A DNA stretch of 64,000 nt from an uncultured Pelagibacteraceae bacterium. GTDB lineage: Bacteria; Pseudomonadota; Alphaproteobacteria; Pelagibacterales; Pelagibacteraceae. Below, one piece after another: positions 9,326 through 19,664 of this stretch. The translations under genes and the position numbers were made by a program. Location: contig CACPEJ010000001.1 in NCBI GenBank assembly GCA_902632935.1, forward strand, positions 21,179-85,178. The letters run 5' to 3'. Under the pieces are notes generated by a model. That model worked only from the letters and a program-made list of their open reading frames with translations. It did no database searches and was not told the origin of the DNA. Each line of letters opens with the position of its first letter. The first letter of the stretch is position 1.

Positions 9326-11713
9326 TTATTTATTAAACGGTTTGATTAATAATATTAAAGAAGGAAGCAACGTTAAAACTGAGACCATAGCTAATAACAT
9401 CGCTAATCCAGTAAAAACACCAAAATAAATTGTGGGTATAAATTTCGATAAAACCAATATAGAAAATCCAAAAACTATTGTTATTGAGGTATTTAAAATT
9501 GCTTTACCAACTGTAGAATGACACAAAATAAGAGTTTTATTATAATCTTTTGAGGTATTAAATTCTTCCTTAAATCTATAAATATAATGAATACTATTAT
9601 CAACAGCTATTCCAATTGTAATTGCGGCTATTGTAATTGTCATCATGTCTAATGGAATTCCTAATAAGCCTATTATTCCTAATATAAAAAAAGCTGCTAT
9701 AAAATTTGGTACTACACCAATTAGAGAAAGCTTAATATTTTTGAATAAGATCACAAACATGCCAAATATTCCTATCATCACTAAACCTAAAGTTAGTATT
9801 TGAGATTTAAAAAGACTTTGGAGTAAATTATTAAATAGAATTAAAACTCCACCAAGTTTGAACTCACTTTCTTTTAAACCTAATTTATTTTTTAAGTCAT
9901 AATTAATTTTTTTTATAAGATCGTTTCTCCTTAAATTTTCTTGGGAATCAATAATCCGCAGATTAATCCTTGCCTCGTTATCTTTTATAGAGATATATGG
10001 ATCAATTATTTCAGTCTTAATACTCTCAGGTATTTTTGAATAAAGGACACCCATTTCTAATGTTCCTAAAGGTTTATTATTATTTAGCATTGTTGCCACA
10101 TCAATTATTGATGAAAAGGATAGAACTTTTCCAACTTGAGGCAAATCATCTAGATAGTTATGGACGGAGGAAATCCTATCTATTTTATCTTTGGTAAACC
10201 AGTATTTATCATCATTCTCATTTTCTTCATCTCCCCAATCTTCAAAATCATCTTCATCATCAGTTTTCTTATTTTCTTTCTTTGGAAACTTTAAAATTAC
10301 TTCGAGCGGAGTTGTTCCACCTAATTTTTCGTCTATAAGTTTCATACCTTTATAAATTTCAGTTTTTTTACTGAAATAATTAATGAAACTATTTTCAACC
10401 TCTAATCTGCTTATACCGATTAAACTTAAAATAATAACTACAATAGTTAGGGTAAAAATTGTTTTGTGATTATTTAGGGAAATTTGTGCAAAGAAATAGG
10501 TAATTTTTGACTCTTCTTGTTTTTTAATAAATATTTTTTCTTTAGGCATGAAATTTATAAGAGATGGAAGTAGTGTAAAGGTAATAACAAATGATGTAAT
10601 TAAACCCAAGGTCATCATCCAACCAAAATCAATAATTGGTTTTATTTCACTGAAGATTAGAGATAAAAAGGCAATTATAGTTGTTAAAGCGGTATATAAA
10701 ATTGGCCAAAACATTTTATTGGTTGTCAGAGTAATTAGCTCTATAATTTTTTTGTTTGGATGAATTTCTCTAATTTGTAAAAATCTTGTACTCATGTGAA
10801 TATTCATTGCCATTGTTAAAATTAACATTAGTGCAATGAAGTTTGATGAGATAACTGTAACTTTCCACCCTAATAAACCAAGCAAGCCAGTCATAATTAT
10901 TACTGAAAAAAAACAACTACTTATAGGAACAATAATCCAAATTAGTTTTCTAAATACATACCATAATGTTGCGATAATAAATAATAAAACGCCTAATCCA
11001 AAAACCACTATATCACTTTTGATAAATGTCATCATATCGTCCGCAATCATTGGAATCCCACCTAGATTTATTTTTCCAATATTATTGTAACTTTTAATGA
11101 CATCTCTAATTTCAAGAATATTTTGATGATTTTGTTTTTTTATTAAGTCTTTATGAGCTTCAATTTCTTCTTTCGTTTTATTAGAAATATTTTCTATTGG
11201 TTTTTTATTTTTGATATTAACTATGATACCAGAGGTTTTACCATCCTCGCTAATAACAAAATTTCTAAATACGGGACTACTCAAAATCTCATTAAATCCC
11301 CTTTCTTTATCTATATCCTCATCCTTTAAAGTTTTAAAATTTTCTAATCTTTCTTGCAAAGGGGCATCTGAATTATTTAATAAAGGGATGTCTAAAAGCG
11401 TAATAACACTATGAACCCAGTTTAAACTTTGAATTTTGTATTTTAAACTGAGAAGGTTATTTATAGAAACATTAGAGATCATTCTCTCGTTAGGGGTATA
11501 AGTTAGTATTAAAAATTCCTTTGACCCATACCTATTTGTAATTTCTTTTAAATACTCAAGGTCTGGATCTCCCTCAATTAGCAATGTCTCTGATGAGGCG
11601 TCTAACTTAAAATCTTTGGAATAATAGCCAAAAGTAAATAGGGCTAAAAGTAAGATTATTAATATAGATTTGGGATTTCTAAGAATAATATTTTGATAAA
11701 ATTGGGTAATCAT
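9326..11713 (-). CDS. MMPL/RND family transporter
   Basis: Two MMPL repeats, GGTTPLEV, and GIAVDNSIHY TM motif. Confidence 0.88.
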   Translation of the reverse strand: MITQFYQNIILRNPKSILIILLLALFTFGYYSKDFKLDASSETLLIEGDPDLEYLKEITNRYGSKEFLILTYTPNERMISNVSINNLLSLKYKIQSLNWVHSVITLLDIPLLNNSDAPLQERLENFKTLKDEDIDKERGFNEILSSPVFRNFVISEDGKTSGIIVNIKNKKPIENISNKTKEEIEAHKDLIKKQNHQNILEIRDVIKSYNNIGKINLGGIPMIADDMMTFIKSDIVVFGLGVLLFIIATLWYVFRKLIWIIVPISSCFFSVIIMTGLLGLLGWKVTVISSNFIALMLILTMAMNIHMSTRFLQIREIHPNKKIIELITLTTNKMFWPILYTALTTIIAFLSLIFSEIKPIIDFGWMMTLGLITSFVITFTLLPSLINFMPKEKIFIKKQEESKITYFFAQISLNNHKTIFTLTIVVIILSLIGISRLEVENSFINYFSKKTEIYKGMKLIDEKLGGTTPLEVILKFPKKENKKTDDEDDFEDWGDEENENDDKYWFTKDKIDRISSVHNYLDDLPQVGKVLSFSSIIDVATMLNNNKPLGTLEMGVLYSKIPESIKTEIIDPYISIKDNEARINLRIIDSQENLRRNDLIKKINYDLKNKLGLKESEFKLGGVLILFNNLLQSLFKSQILTLGLVMIGIFGMFVILFKNIKLSLIGVVPNFIAAFFILGIIGLLGIPLDMMTITIAAITIGIAVDNSIHYIYRFKEEFNTSKDYNKTLILCHSTVGKAILNTSITIVFGFSILVLSKFIPTIYFGVFTGLAMLLAMVSVLTLLPSLILLIKPFNK

Positions 11714-11734
11714 CTTACCCTTTTATATTGGAAT

Positions 11735-13153
11735 TTAGTTAATTTGAGTATCTTTAAATTTAGTAAACATTGCCTCAAACTCTAGAAATACATTTCCAGT
11801 TGGACCATGTCTTTGTTTACCAATAATTAATTCTGCCAGATTAGATACATCATTCATCTTTGCTTGCCATTCAGCATGCTCTACAGTTGCTGGCTTTGGT
11901 TCTTTATTTTCTAAATAATAAGATTCTCTATATACAAACATTACTACATCTGCGTCTTGCTCTATCGAGCCAGATTCTCTCAAATCTGACAATTGTGGTT
12001 TTTTATTATCTCTTTGCTCAACTTGTCTTGATAATTGTGAGAGAGCAACTACAGGTATTGATAATTCTTTAGCGATTGCTTTTAAACCTTGAGTGATTTC
12101 TGAAACTTCTTGAACCCTTCCATCTTTATAATTTAAGGTTCCTCTCATTAATTGAATATAATCAACAATAATCATATCAAGACCATAAGTCCTTTTTATT
12201 CTTCGTGCTCGATTACTCATTGTTGCAATAGTTATTGCTGGTGTCTCGTCAATATAAAGTGGAAGTTCAGATATATTTTTTGAAGTCTCAATAAATTTTT
12301 CAAATTGTTCATTAGAAATTTTACCTCTTCTTATATCATTTGATTTAATTCTAGATTGTTCTGCTAAAATTCTTGTAGATAATTGTTCAGATGACATTTC
12401 TAATGAAAAAAAAGCAATGGATGATTTCTTACCACTTTCTTGTAATTTTTGAGCTGCATTAAAAGCGATGTTAGTAGCTAATGCTGTTTTTCCCATGCCA
12501 GGTCTTCCTGCTATTATGATTAAATCAGATTTGTGTAATCCACCTAATCTATCATCTAAATCTCTTAGTCCAGTAGGAACTCCAACTATGCCCTCATCAT
12601 TTCTATAAGCAGCTGAGGCCATATCAATTGTATCTTTTAATGCTTTATCAAATTTTATAAAAGAGGAGCTAAAAGATCCTTTCTCAGCTAATTTAAATAA
12701 TTCTTTTTCCGAATTTTCAATTATTTGTTGTCCGCTTGTATTAAGATCACCTAACTTAGCATCATCAATAGTTTGCTCAGAAATTTTTATCAGTTCTCTT
12801 CGCACAAACATATCATAGATAATTTTTGAGTATTCTATTGCTTGTCTTACTGAAGTCGAAAATTTTGTTATTTTTACTAAGTATTCTGGGACATTTAATT
12901 CATCTTTTTCATCCTCAAAATAATTTTTTAATGTTATAGGGTTTGCTAACAATCCTTTGTAAATTAGGCTTTCTATTGCTTCAAAAATTTTTTGATGCAT
13001 TGGATCATAAAAGTTATTGCTGGTTACAATAATATTAATTTCATCAAAAATTTCATTTGAAACAAGTATAGAACCAATTACTGCTTGCTCTGCTTCAATA
13101 TTATTTGGTAATTCTTTAAATTTGTCTTTTACAATTGTTAAATTATTTTCCAC
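11735..13153 (-). CDS. dnaB: Replicative DNA helicase
   Basis: PNNIEAEQAV, AGRPGMGKT, SLEMS, DYIQL and DLRESGSIEQDAD motifs; GTG start. Confidence 0.98.
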   Translation of the reverse strand: MENNLTIVKDKFKELPNNIEAEQAVIGSILVSNEIFDEINIIVTSNNFYDPMHQKIFEAIESLIYKGLLANPITLKNYFEDEKDELNVPEYLVKITKFSTSVRQAIEYSKIIYDMFVRRELIKISEQTIDDAKLGDLNTSGQQIIENSEKELFKLAEKGSFSSSFIKFDKALKDTIDMASAAYRNDEGIVGVPTGLRDLDDRLGGLHKSDLIIIAGRPGMGKTALATNIAFNAAQKLQESGKKSSIAFFSLEMSSEQLSTRILAEQSRIKSNDIRRGKISNEQFEKFIETSKNISELPLYIDETPAITIATMSNRARRIKRTYGLDMIIVDYIQLMRGTLNYKDGRVQEVSEITQGLKAIAKELSIPVVALSQLSRQVEQRDNKKPQLSDLRESGSIEQDADVVMFVYRESYYLENKEPKPATVEHAEWQAKMNDVSNLAELIIGKQRHGPTGNVFLEFEAMFTKFKDTQIN

Positions 13154-13220
13154 ACTACATTGTATGTCAATTTATCTGACAAATGAATTTTAAATACTAA
13201 TTGGGGAAAAAATTGTATAA

Positions 13221-13679
13221 TTACTGAATAGTTTCAGCAGACTCAACCACAATATGTATCTCTGCATCAATCTCAGAATGTAAAGATACTTTTACCTTAA
13301 ATTTTCCAAGAGATTTGATTTCTTGAATTGGTTGAATCATTGATGGAGTTATGTCTAATTTTTCTTTTTCCTTAATAATTTTGGAAATTTCTGTAGGTTT
13401 GACCGATCCATATAACTCTTTATTTTCAGTCGCAAGTTTTTTCACAATGAATTCCTCTTTATTAATTTTTTCTGCTATTTTTTTTGCTTCTTGTTTTTTT
13501 TCATTATCTTTTTTGGACAATTGTGTCTTTATTTTTTCAACTTGAATTATGTTTTCTTTTGAGGCATACAAAGCTTTTTTATTTGCGATTAAAAAGTTTC
13601 TTGCAAAACCTCTCTTTACATCTATGATTTCACCTATAGACCCAATTCTTTTAATATTTTCAAGTAGTATTACTTTCAT
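13221..13679 (-). CDS. rplI: 50S ribosomal protein L9
   Basis: MKVILLE, GFARNFL and LYGSV motifs. Confidence 0.97.
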   Translation of the reverse strand: MKVILLENIKRIGSIGEIIDVKRGFARNFLIANKKALYASKENIIQVEKIKTQLSKKDNEKKQEAKKIAEKINKEEFIVKKLATENKELYGSVKPTEISKIIKEKEKLDITPSMIQPIQEIKSLGKFKVKVSLHSEIDAEIHIVVESAETIQ

Positions 13680-13952
13680 TTACAACAAAGCTAAGTTCCT
13701 TGCTCTTTTAATTGATAAAGATAATTCTCTCTGTTTTTTTTGACTAACGTTAGTTATTCTTGACGGAAGAATTTTACCATTTTCAGACACATATCTTTTT
13801 AACAATTTAATGTTTTTATAATCGATTATAGGGGCACCTTTGACCGATAATGGGCAATTTTTCTTAAATTTATATTTATTTGGTTGAAAAATACTCAATT
13901 TTGCAAAATTACTTTGTTTATTTTTTCTGTTTCCACTTTGTCTTTTAGGCAT
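13680..13952 (-). CDS. rpsR: 30S ribosomal protein S18
   Basis: [17 protein letters not shown] and [10 protein letters not shown] motifs. Confidence 0.97.
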   Translation of the reverse strand: MPKRQSGNRKNKQSNFAKLSIFQPNKYKFKKNCPLSVKGAPIIDYKNIKLLKRYVSENGKILPSRITNVSQKKQRELSLSIKRARNLALL

Positions 13953-13954
13953 AG

Positions 13955-14308
13955 CTAATTTTTAATAATTTCCTTTTTTTCAATCTCATCTTTTTTAGAG
14001 AAAAAATTAGTTTCAAGATCAAATTTTTTTACTCTCACAGTTAAATATCTTAACAATTTCTTGTCTATTGCCTCATTTTTTTCAAGTTCATTAATTACAT
14101 TCCCTCCACCTTTAAATTTAAAGTGAATGTAGCTTCCTTTTTTATTTTTTTTAATTAAATATGATAAATTTAATAAACCCCAATTTTCAGTTTTCACTAT
14201 TTCACCATCATTTTTTTCAATAATGTCCGAATATTTTTCAGTTAATTGTTTTATTTCACTTGGAGAAGTGTCTTGTCTTGCAATTATGGTATGCTCGTAT
14301 AAATTCAT
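13955..14308 (-). CDS. rpsF: 30S ribosomal protein S6
   Basis: [10 protein letters not shown] and [14 protein letters not shown] motifs; rpsF-rpsR-rplI order. Confidence 0.97.
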   Translation of the reverse strand: MNLYEHTIIARQDTSPSEIKQLTEKYSDIIEKNDGEIVKTENWGLLNLSYLIKKNKKGSYIHFKFKGGGNVINELEKNEAIDKKLLRYLTVRVKKFDLETNFFSKKDEIEKKEIIKN

Positions 14309-14395
14309 TTAATTTCTTTAATAAAAAATGAGGATATACTATTATAAATCTTTAATTACAATAGCAAAAACAATAAAAAATATGGGTTTTTTTAG

Positions 14396-15322
14396 ATGTT
14401 TTCATTAGTATTCCCAGGTCAAGGTTCACAAACAATTGGAATGGGAAAAGATTTTTTTGAAAATTATGATTTAGTAAAAAAACTATTTAATGAAGCAGAT
14501 GATTCATTGGGTATTAATCTATCTAAAATAATTTTAGAGGGCCCCAAAGATGAACTGGATCTTACTATAAATACTCAGCCAGCAATATTTCTTATAAGTT
14601 ACTCGATTTTTCAGGTAATGAAAAAAGAATTTCATATAGATCTTGATAATGCAAAATATTTTGCAGGTCATTCACTAGGAGAATATTCTGCTTTATGTGC
14701 TGCTAACTATCTGAGTTTCTCAGATACCATTAAACTTTTAAAAATCCGTGGAGATGCTATGCAAAATGCTGTCCCAAAAGGAGAAGGGGGTATGTTGGCA
14801 GTTTTAGGTTCAAAAGTTGAAATGATAGAAGATCTTTTGGCCGAAAATAAGAATAATTTTATAGCACAAATAGCAAATGACAATTCTGAGGGTCAGATTG
14901 TTTTAAGTGGAAGAAACAGTGATATAGAAAAATTAATCCATTTTTTAAAATCAAAAAATGTTAAAAACATAAAATTACCAGTTAGTGCCCCTTTTCATTG
15001 TAAACTTATGAAAAATGCTACTGAAATTATGCGAAATGAAATAAAAAAATTAAATTTTAAAGAGTCTAAAAAAAAGTTGATATCAAATGTGACAGCAAAA
15101 GAAATTTTAAATAAGGATGAGCTTAAAACACTGTTAATTGACCAAATAGAAAATAGGGTTAGATGGAGAGAAAGTGTTGACCATATGATAAATAATGGAG
15201 TAAATCATTTCATTGAGATCGGACCTGGAAAAGTATTAACAGGATTAATAAAAAGAATAGATAAGAACGTAAAAACTAATACAATTAATACTGAGAGTGA
15301 TATAAAAGACTTAAAGTTATGA
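14396..15322 (+). CDS. fabD: Malonyl-CoA:ACP transacylase
   Basis: FPGQGSQ, GHSLGEY and LPVSAPFH motifs. Confidence 0.98.
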   Translation: MFSLVFPGQGSQTIGMGKDFFENYDLVKKLFNEADDSLGINLSKIILEGPKDELDLTINTQPAIFLISYSIFQVMKKEFHIDLDNAKYFAGHSLGEYSALCAANYLSFSDTIKLLKIRGDAMQNAVPKGEGGMLAVLGSKVEMIEDLLAENKNNFIAQIANDNSEGQIVLSGRNSDIEKLIHFLKSKNVKNIKLPVSAPFHCKLMKNATEIMRNEIKKLNFKESKKKLISNVTAKEILNKDELKTLLIDQIENRVRWRESVDHMINNGVNHFIEIGPGKVLTGLIKRIDKNVKTNTINTESDIKDLKL

Positions 15323-16056
15323 TTAATTTAAGAAATAAAAATATTATTGTAACTGGTGCATCAGGTGGAATAGGTAACTCGATAGTAAAAAAATTGAGTG
15401 AGTTTGAGGCAAATATTTTAGCAACAGGAACAAAAACTGAAAAGTTAGAGGAATTAAAGTCAAACGTTAAAAATGTTAAGATTTTAACTTTTGACATTTC
15501 TCAAGGAGAAAAAATTGAGGAGTTTATCGAAAATGCCACAACACAACTTGGGGGGAAACTAGATTGTATTGTTAATAACGCAGGATTAACCCAAGATAAT
15601 TTAGCAATTCGTATGAGCTTAAATGAATGGAAAAAAGTAATCGATATAAATTTAACATCTACTTTCCTCTTGAGTAAATTTGCTATCAAAAAAATGTTAA
15701 AAAATAAATCAGGAAAAATTGTAAATATTACATCTGTTGTTGGCCATACAGGAAATTTAGGCCAAGCAAATTATACAGCATCAAAAGCGGGAATAGTTGC
15801 TATGTCAAAAAGTTTAGCTATTGAGTATGCCAAAAAGAATATTAATGTAAATTGTATTTCGCCAGGTTTCATTAAAACAACTATGACAGATAAGCTTGAT
15901 CAAAAATTTAAAGAATTAATCATATCTAAAATACCATCCGCAAGGTTAGGAGAGCCTACAGATATTGCTAATGCAGTTCTTTTTTTAGCCTCCGATCAAT
16001 CAAATTACATTAATGGCGAAACAATTCATATTAATGGAGGCATGTATATGGCTTGA
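15319..16056 (+). CDS. fabG: 3-oxoacyl-ACP reductase
   Basis: TGASGGIG, NNAG and YTASK motifs; between fabD and acpP. Confidence 0.97.
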   Translation: MINLRNKNIIVTGASGGIGNSIVKKLSEFEANILATGTKTEKLEELKSNVKNVKILTFDISQGEKIEEFIENATTQLGGKLDCIVNNAGLTQDNLAIRMSLNEWKKVIDINLTSTFLLSKFAIKKMLKNKSGKIVNITSVVGHTGNLGQANYTASKAGIVAMSKSLAIEYAKKNINVNCISPGFIKTTMTDKLDQKFKELIISKIPSARLGEPTDIANAVLFLASDQSNYINGETIHINGGMYMA

Positions 16057-16080
16057 CAAACCAGGTTTTTAAACTATTAA
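16053..16080 (+). promoter_or_regulatory. Putative sigma70 promoter for acpP
   Basis: TTGACA (16053-16058), 16-nt spacer, TATTAA (16075-16080), overlapping the fabG stop. SD-like AAGGA precedes the acpP ATG. Confidence 0.45.
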
Positions 16081-16104
16081 GAATTTAAACAAAAAAGGAT
16101 CAAT

Positions 16105-16344
16105 ATGTCAGAAGATGTTTCAAGTAAAGTTAAAAAAATTGTTGCCGATCATTTAGGTATTGATGAAGCTAAGGTAACAGAGGAGTCAAGTTTTATAGAC
16201 GACTTAGGAGCAGATAGTTTAGATACAGTTGAGTTAGTTATGGCTTTCGAGGAGGAGTTTGGCTCGGAGATTTCTGATAGCGAAGCTGAAAAAATTTTAA
16301 CAGTTGGTGATGCTGTAAAATTTATTGAAGGAAAAGCAAATTAG
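16105..16344 (+). CDS. acpP: Acyl carrier protein
   Basis: [20 protein letters not shown] motif. Confidence 0.98.
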   Translation: MSEDVSSKVKKIVADHLGIDEAKVTEESSFIDDLGADSLDTVELVMAFEEEFGSEISDSEAEKILTVGDAVKFIEGKAN

Positions 16345-16351
16345 ATTTTAA

Positions 16352-16984
16352 ATGCCCATAGATAATGATGGGGTAATGATAATCTTATCTTCTCCTTCTG
16401 GAGCAGGAAAAACTACTTTAGTAAATTTACTATCAAAACTAGATAATTTCGAAATTTCTATTTCACATACAACAAGAAAGCCAAGGCCCAATGAAACCCC
16501 TGATAAGGATTATTTTTTTGTTAGTGAAGATGAGTTTAAAAGGTTAATAAAAAATCAAGAATTTTTAGAATACGCAAAAGTCTTTAATAATTTCTATGGC
16601 TCAACTAGAACACCAGTCATAAATAATTTAAATGACGGAAAAAACGTACTTTTTGATATTGATTGGCAGGGCGCTGATCAAATTAAAAATAAAAAATTAG
16701 ATTATAAGCTCATAACTTTTTTTATTTTACCTCCAAGCAAACAAGTATTGTTTGATAGACTATCTAATAGAGATATGAAAGATAAATTAATAGCTGATGA
16801 GAGAATGAAACAATTTGAACATGACGTATTGCATTGGATAAATTATGATTACGTCGTTATTAATAACAATTTAGATGATTGTTATGAAAAGATTCATAAT
16901 TTAATACAAGCAGAAATCAAAGATGGTTCAAAAGATTATGATAAAGATTTTATCAGAAATCATATAGAAAAACTGACATCATAG
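16352..16984 (+). CDS. gmk: Guanylate kinase
   Basis: [17 protein letters not shown] and DIDWQG motifs. Confidence 0.97.
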   Translation: MPIDNDGVMIILSSPSGAGKTTLVNLLSKLDNFEISISHTTRKPRPNETPDKDYFFVSEDEFKRLIKNQEFLEYAKVFNNFYGSTRTPVINNLNDGKNVLFDIDWQGADQIKNKKLDYKLITFFILPPSKQVLFDRLSNRDMKDKLIADERMKQFEHDVLHWINYDYVVINNNLDDCYEKIHNLIQAEIKDGSKDYDKDFIRNHIEKLTS

Positions 16985-17761
16985 TTTTTCGTACTCTTCA
17001 GTTAATTTATAATAAACATCTTGACTCAAATTATGAGGTCTTAAGTTAAGATCTATATTCAGTTTATTTAAGATGTTTACATTACCTTTAAATAATATAT
17101 TGAAAGGTGTTTTTATTTTTTTTCTCCTTTGATTAAAAAAAATTCTTGTTATTTTTTCTAAGTTTTTGGGGTTTTTAAACTGATAGAAAATTTTTTTAGG
17201 TTTAAAAAATAATAATGAGCTATCAACTTTAGGCTTTGGAGAAAAACTACCAGGTTTTATATCACAGATTTTATCAATTTCTAATTTCCAATTAGCTAAA
17301 ATTGTTAATCTTCCGTAGTTTGATGAATTAAATTTGGATAAAATTCTATCTGCCACTTCCTTTTGAAACATAAGTATTAGAGAGTCGAACCAAAAATTTG
17401 TATTTTCAAGATTTATTATCCATTTAGCTAATATCTCAGTTGAAATATTATATGGTAAATTTCCAAAAACAATTAGCCTTTCATTATATAATTTTTTTTC
17501 GTCAATTTTAAGAATATCATCATTTATTATTTTTATTTTATTCTCAAATTTTTTTTTTAAATCATTTACTAAGAATTTATCTTTTTCAACCACTATAAGT
17601 TTTTTTGGATTATTTTTTAAAATATAAGAAGTCAGATTTCCTGTTCCTGGACCGATTTCAAGTACAAATTTATCTTCTATTTTTATTAATGAAACAATTT
17701 TTTTTAAAATATTTTGATCTATTAAAAAATTTTGACCTAAACTTTTTTTCGGTTTGATCAC
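16979..17761 (-). CDS. rsmA: 16S rRNA m6,2A dimethyltransferase KsgA
   Basis: [16 protein letters not shown] and GNLPYNIS motifs. Confidence 0.97.
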   Translation of the reverse strand: MIKPKKSLGQNFLIDQNILKKIVSLIKIEDKFVLEIGPGTGNLTSYILKNNPKKLIVVEKDKFLVNDLKKKFENKIKIINDDILKIDEKKLYNERLIVFGNLPYNISTEILAKWIINLENTNFWFDSLILMFQKEVADRILSKFNSSNYGRLTILANWKLEIDKICDIKPGSFSPKPKVDSSLLFFKPKKIFYQFKNPKNLEKITRIFFNQRRKKIKTPFNILFKGNVNILNKLNIDLNLRPHNLSQDVYYKLTEEYEKL

Positions 17762-18726
17762 TTTTTAAAATCTAAAAATGTAAGCGCTGAAACTAAACTT
17801 AAAGAATTAGATTTATTCTTCCCTATCATTTTTTCATTAGGACCATGATCTGGGGAAATTCTCAAGAATGGTAGTGCTAAAGTGATATTAATTGCATCAT
17901 ATTCAAATATAGTTTTAATAGGCGTTAACACCTGATCATGATACATCCCTATGATTACATTATATTTTTTTCTGTTGTTTTTTAAGAAAATTGTATCAGC
18001 AGCAAATGGTCCAGATATTTTAAAATTTGATTTATTTAAAGTTTTTATTGCAGGTTTAATAATTTTTTCATCTTCATCAAAAATATCAATACTTTCACAA
18101 TGAGGATTTAAACCCGTGGTTGCTATTTTAGCTTTCTTTTTCAAATGTTTTTTAAAGAAAATATCGATTAACTTAATTTTTTCTTTAATCATATTTTTGT
18201 TAATTTTTTGATGAACTTTTTTTATAGGTAAATGAGTTGTTAAAGGACACACGGATAATTTTTTATTGTAAATCAGCATTGCAAAATTTTTAGTTTTTGT
18301 TTTAGATGCCAAATATTCTGTAATACCTAAATATTTTTTTTTTAAAAAAAATTTTTTAGAAATAGGACCATTTATAAATTTATTAGTAATTTTTTTATTT
18401 AAAATTTTGAGCGCGATACCAAATGATTTTTTTATGTAATCATTAGATTTATTTGAAATCTTATCAAATGCTTTTCTTTGTTCATAAGGTACATCAATTA
18501 AATTTATTTTTTTATTATTCAAGTTTGCATTTTTCAAATCAAACAATTTAATCAATTTTATCTTTTTATTTATTTTTAATTTTTTCATCTGAAGTTTTAT
18601 TAAATTATTAGATGCAATTAAAATTATTGGACTTTTAAATTTTTTTATCTTTAATGATTTAAAAAAGATTTCGGAAAAAATACTATTTGGCTCACCAGCG
18701 ACAATGATAATAGGTTTATAAACCAT
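17758..18726 (-). CDS. pdxA: 4-hydroxythreonine-4-phosphate dehydrogenase
   Basis: GLNPH, MYHDQ and SPDHG motifs; surA-pdxA-rsmA order. Confidence 0.93.
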   Translation of the reverse strand: MVYKPIIIVAGEPNSIFSEIFFKSLKIKKFKSPIILIASNNLIKLQMKKLKINKKIKLIKLFDLKNANLNNKKINLIDVPYEQRKAFDKISNKSNDYIKKSFGIALKILNKKITNKFINGPISKKFFLKKKYLGITEYLASKTKTKNFAMLIYNKKLSVCPLTTHLPIKKVHQKINKNMIKEKIKLIDIFFKKHLKKKAKIATTGLNPHCESIDIFDEDEKIIKPAIKTLNKSNFKISGPFAADTIFLKNNRKKYNVIIGMYHDQVLTPIKTIFEYDAINITLALPFLRISPDHGPNEKMIGKNKSNSLSLVSALTFLDFKK

Positions 18727-19660
18727 ATATCATTAAATCTTTTTTTATCTTATTAAAATACATACTAGAAAATTGATCAAGTTGATTGTTTGTTTTATAT
18801 CTAATCATCTCATTCACTTTGTCTTCTAAGTTTATACTTGAGGCATACTCTTTCTCATCGTCAATTCTTATGATCATAAACCCAGATGAGGTTCTTATTG
18901 GTTCTGAAAATTGACCAGGTTGTAATTTAGAAATAGACTTTTTTATTACTTTATTTAAGTTGTCCTCTTTAATCCAACCAATTAGTCCACCATTAGTTGC
19001 AGTATCAGAATCGCTGTGGATAAAGGCTGACTTTTTAAAACCAATTTTTTCGATATCTAAAAGAATTTTTTTATGCCTATCATTTAAATCATTCTTATTT
19101 TGGACATTAAAAGTTATTTCTGAAAGTAAAAATTCTCTTTGATTTTTTTTTTTAGGATTTTGTAGAATCTCTTTTCTAATTTTATCTTTATTTATTACAA
19201 CTTTTTTATTAAATTTTTGATAAATAAGATCATTCCAGATTAATTCAATTGTAAACTTTTCTCTAATGTTATCTACATTGAAATTCTTATCTTTTAAATA
19301 ATTTTCAAAATCTTCAAAAGAAGATATATTTATATTGGAATATCTACTTCTTATTAAGTTAAATATGAATTTATCCTCAACCTTTATAGTTTTTACGAAA
19401 TTCATTATCTCTATCTTTTTAATTTTATCTCTTAAAATTGAATTTTTGGATATTTCAAATAATTCAGCCTCACTTAAATCATTCATTTCTGGATTAAACA
19501 TTTTTAAAAATCTAATTTCCTCATAAATATCAATTGTTGTAATTATTTCATTATCAACTTTAAATAAGATCTTATTTTCAAGAGCATTTGATAAATTTAT
19601 ATTTAAAATAGTTATTAATAAATATATTGATATAATTTTAAGTTGTTTACTAAAATACAT
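18716..19660 (-). CDS. surA: SurA-like peptidyl-prolyl isomerase/chaperone
   Basis: Signal-like N-terminus, KVDNEIIT, parvulin-like GGLIGWI and SEPIRT. Likely start is ATG 19660; the ORF extends to 19687. Confidence 0.85.
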   Translation of the reverse strand: MYFSKQLKIISIYLLITILNINLSNALENKILFKVDNEIITTIDIYEEIRFLKMFNPEMNDLSEAELFEISKNSILRDKIKKIEIMNFVKTIKVEDKFIFNLIRSRYSNINISSFEDFENYLKDKNFNVDNIREKFTIELIWNDLIYQKFNKKVVINKDKIRKEILQNPKKKNQREFLLSEITFNVQNKNDLNDRHKKILLDIEKIGFKKSAFIHSDSDTATNGGLIGWIKEDNLNKVIKKSISKLQPGQFSEPIRTSSGFMIIRIDDEKEYASSINLEDKVNEMIRYKTNNQLDQFSSMYFNKIKKDLMIYGL

Positions 19661-19664
19661 CTTG

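Noticed and set aside
13200-13220. DnaA-box-like words near dnaB
   Set aside because: Two or more mismatches to TTWTNCACA, expected by chance in AT-rich DNA.
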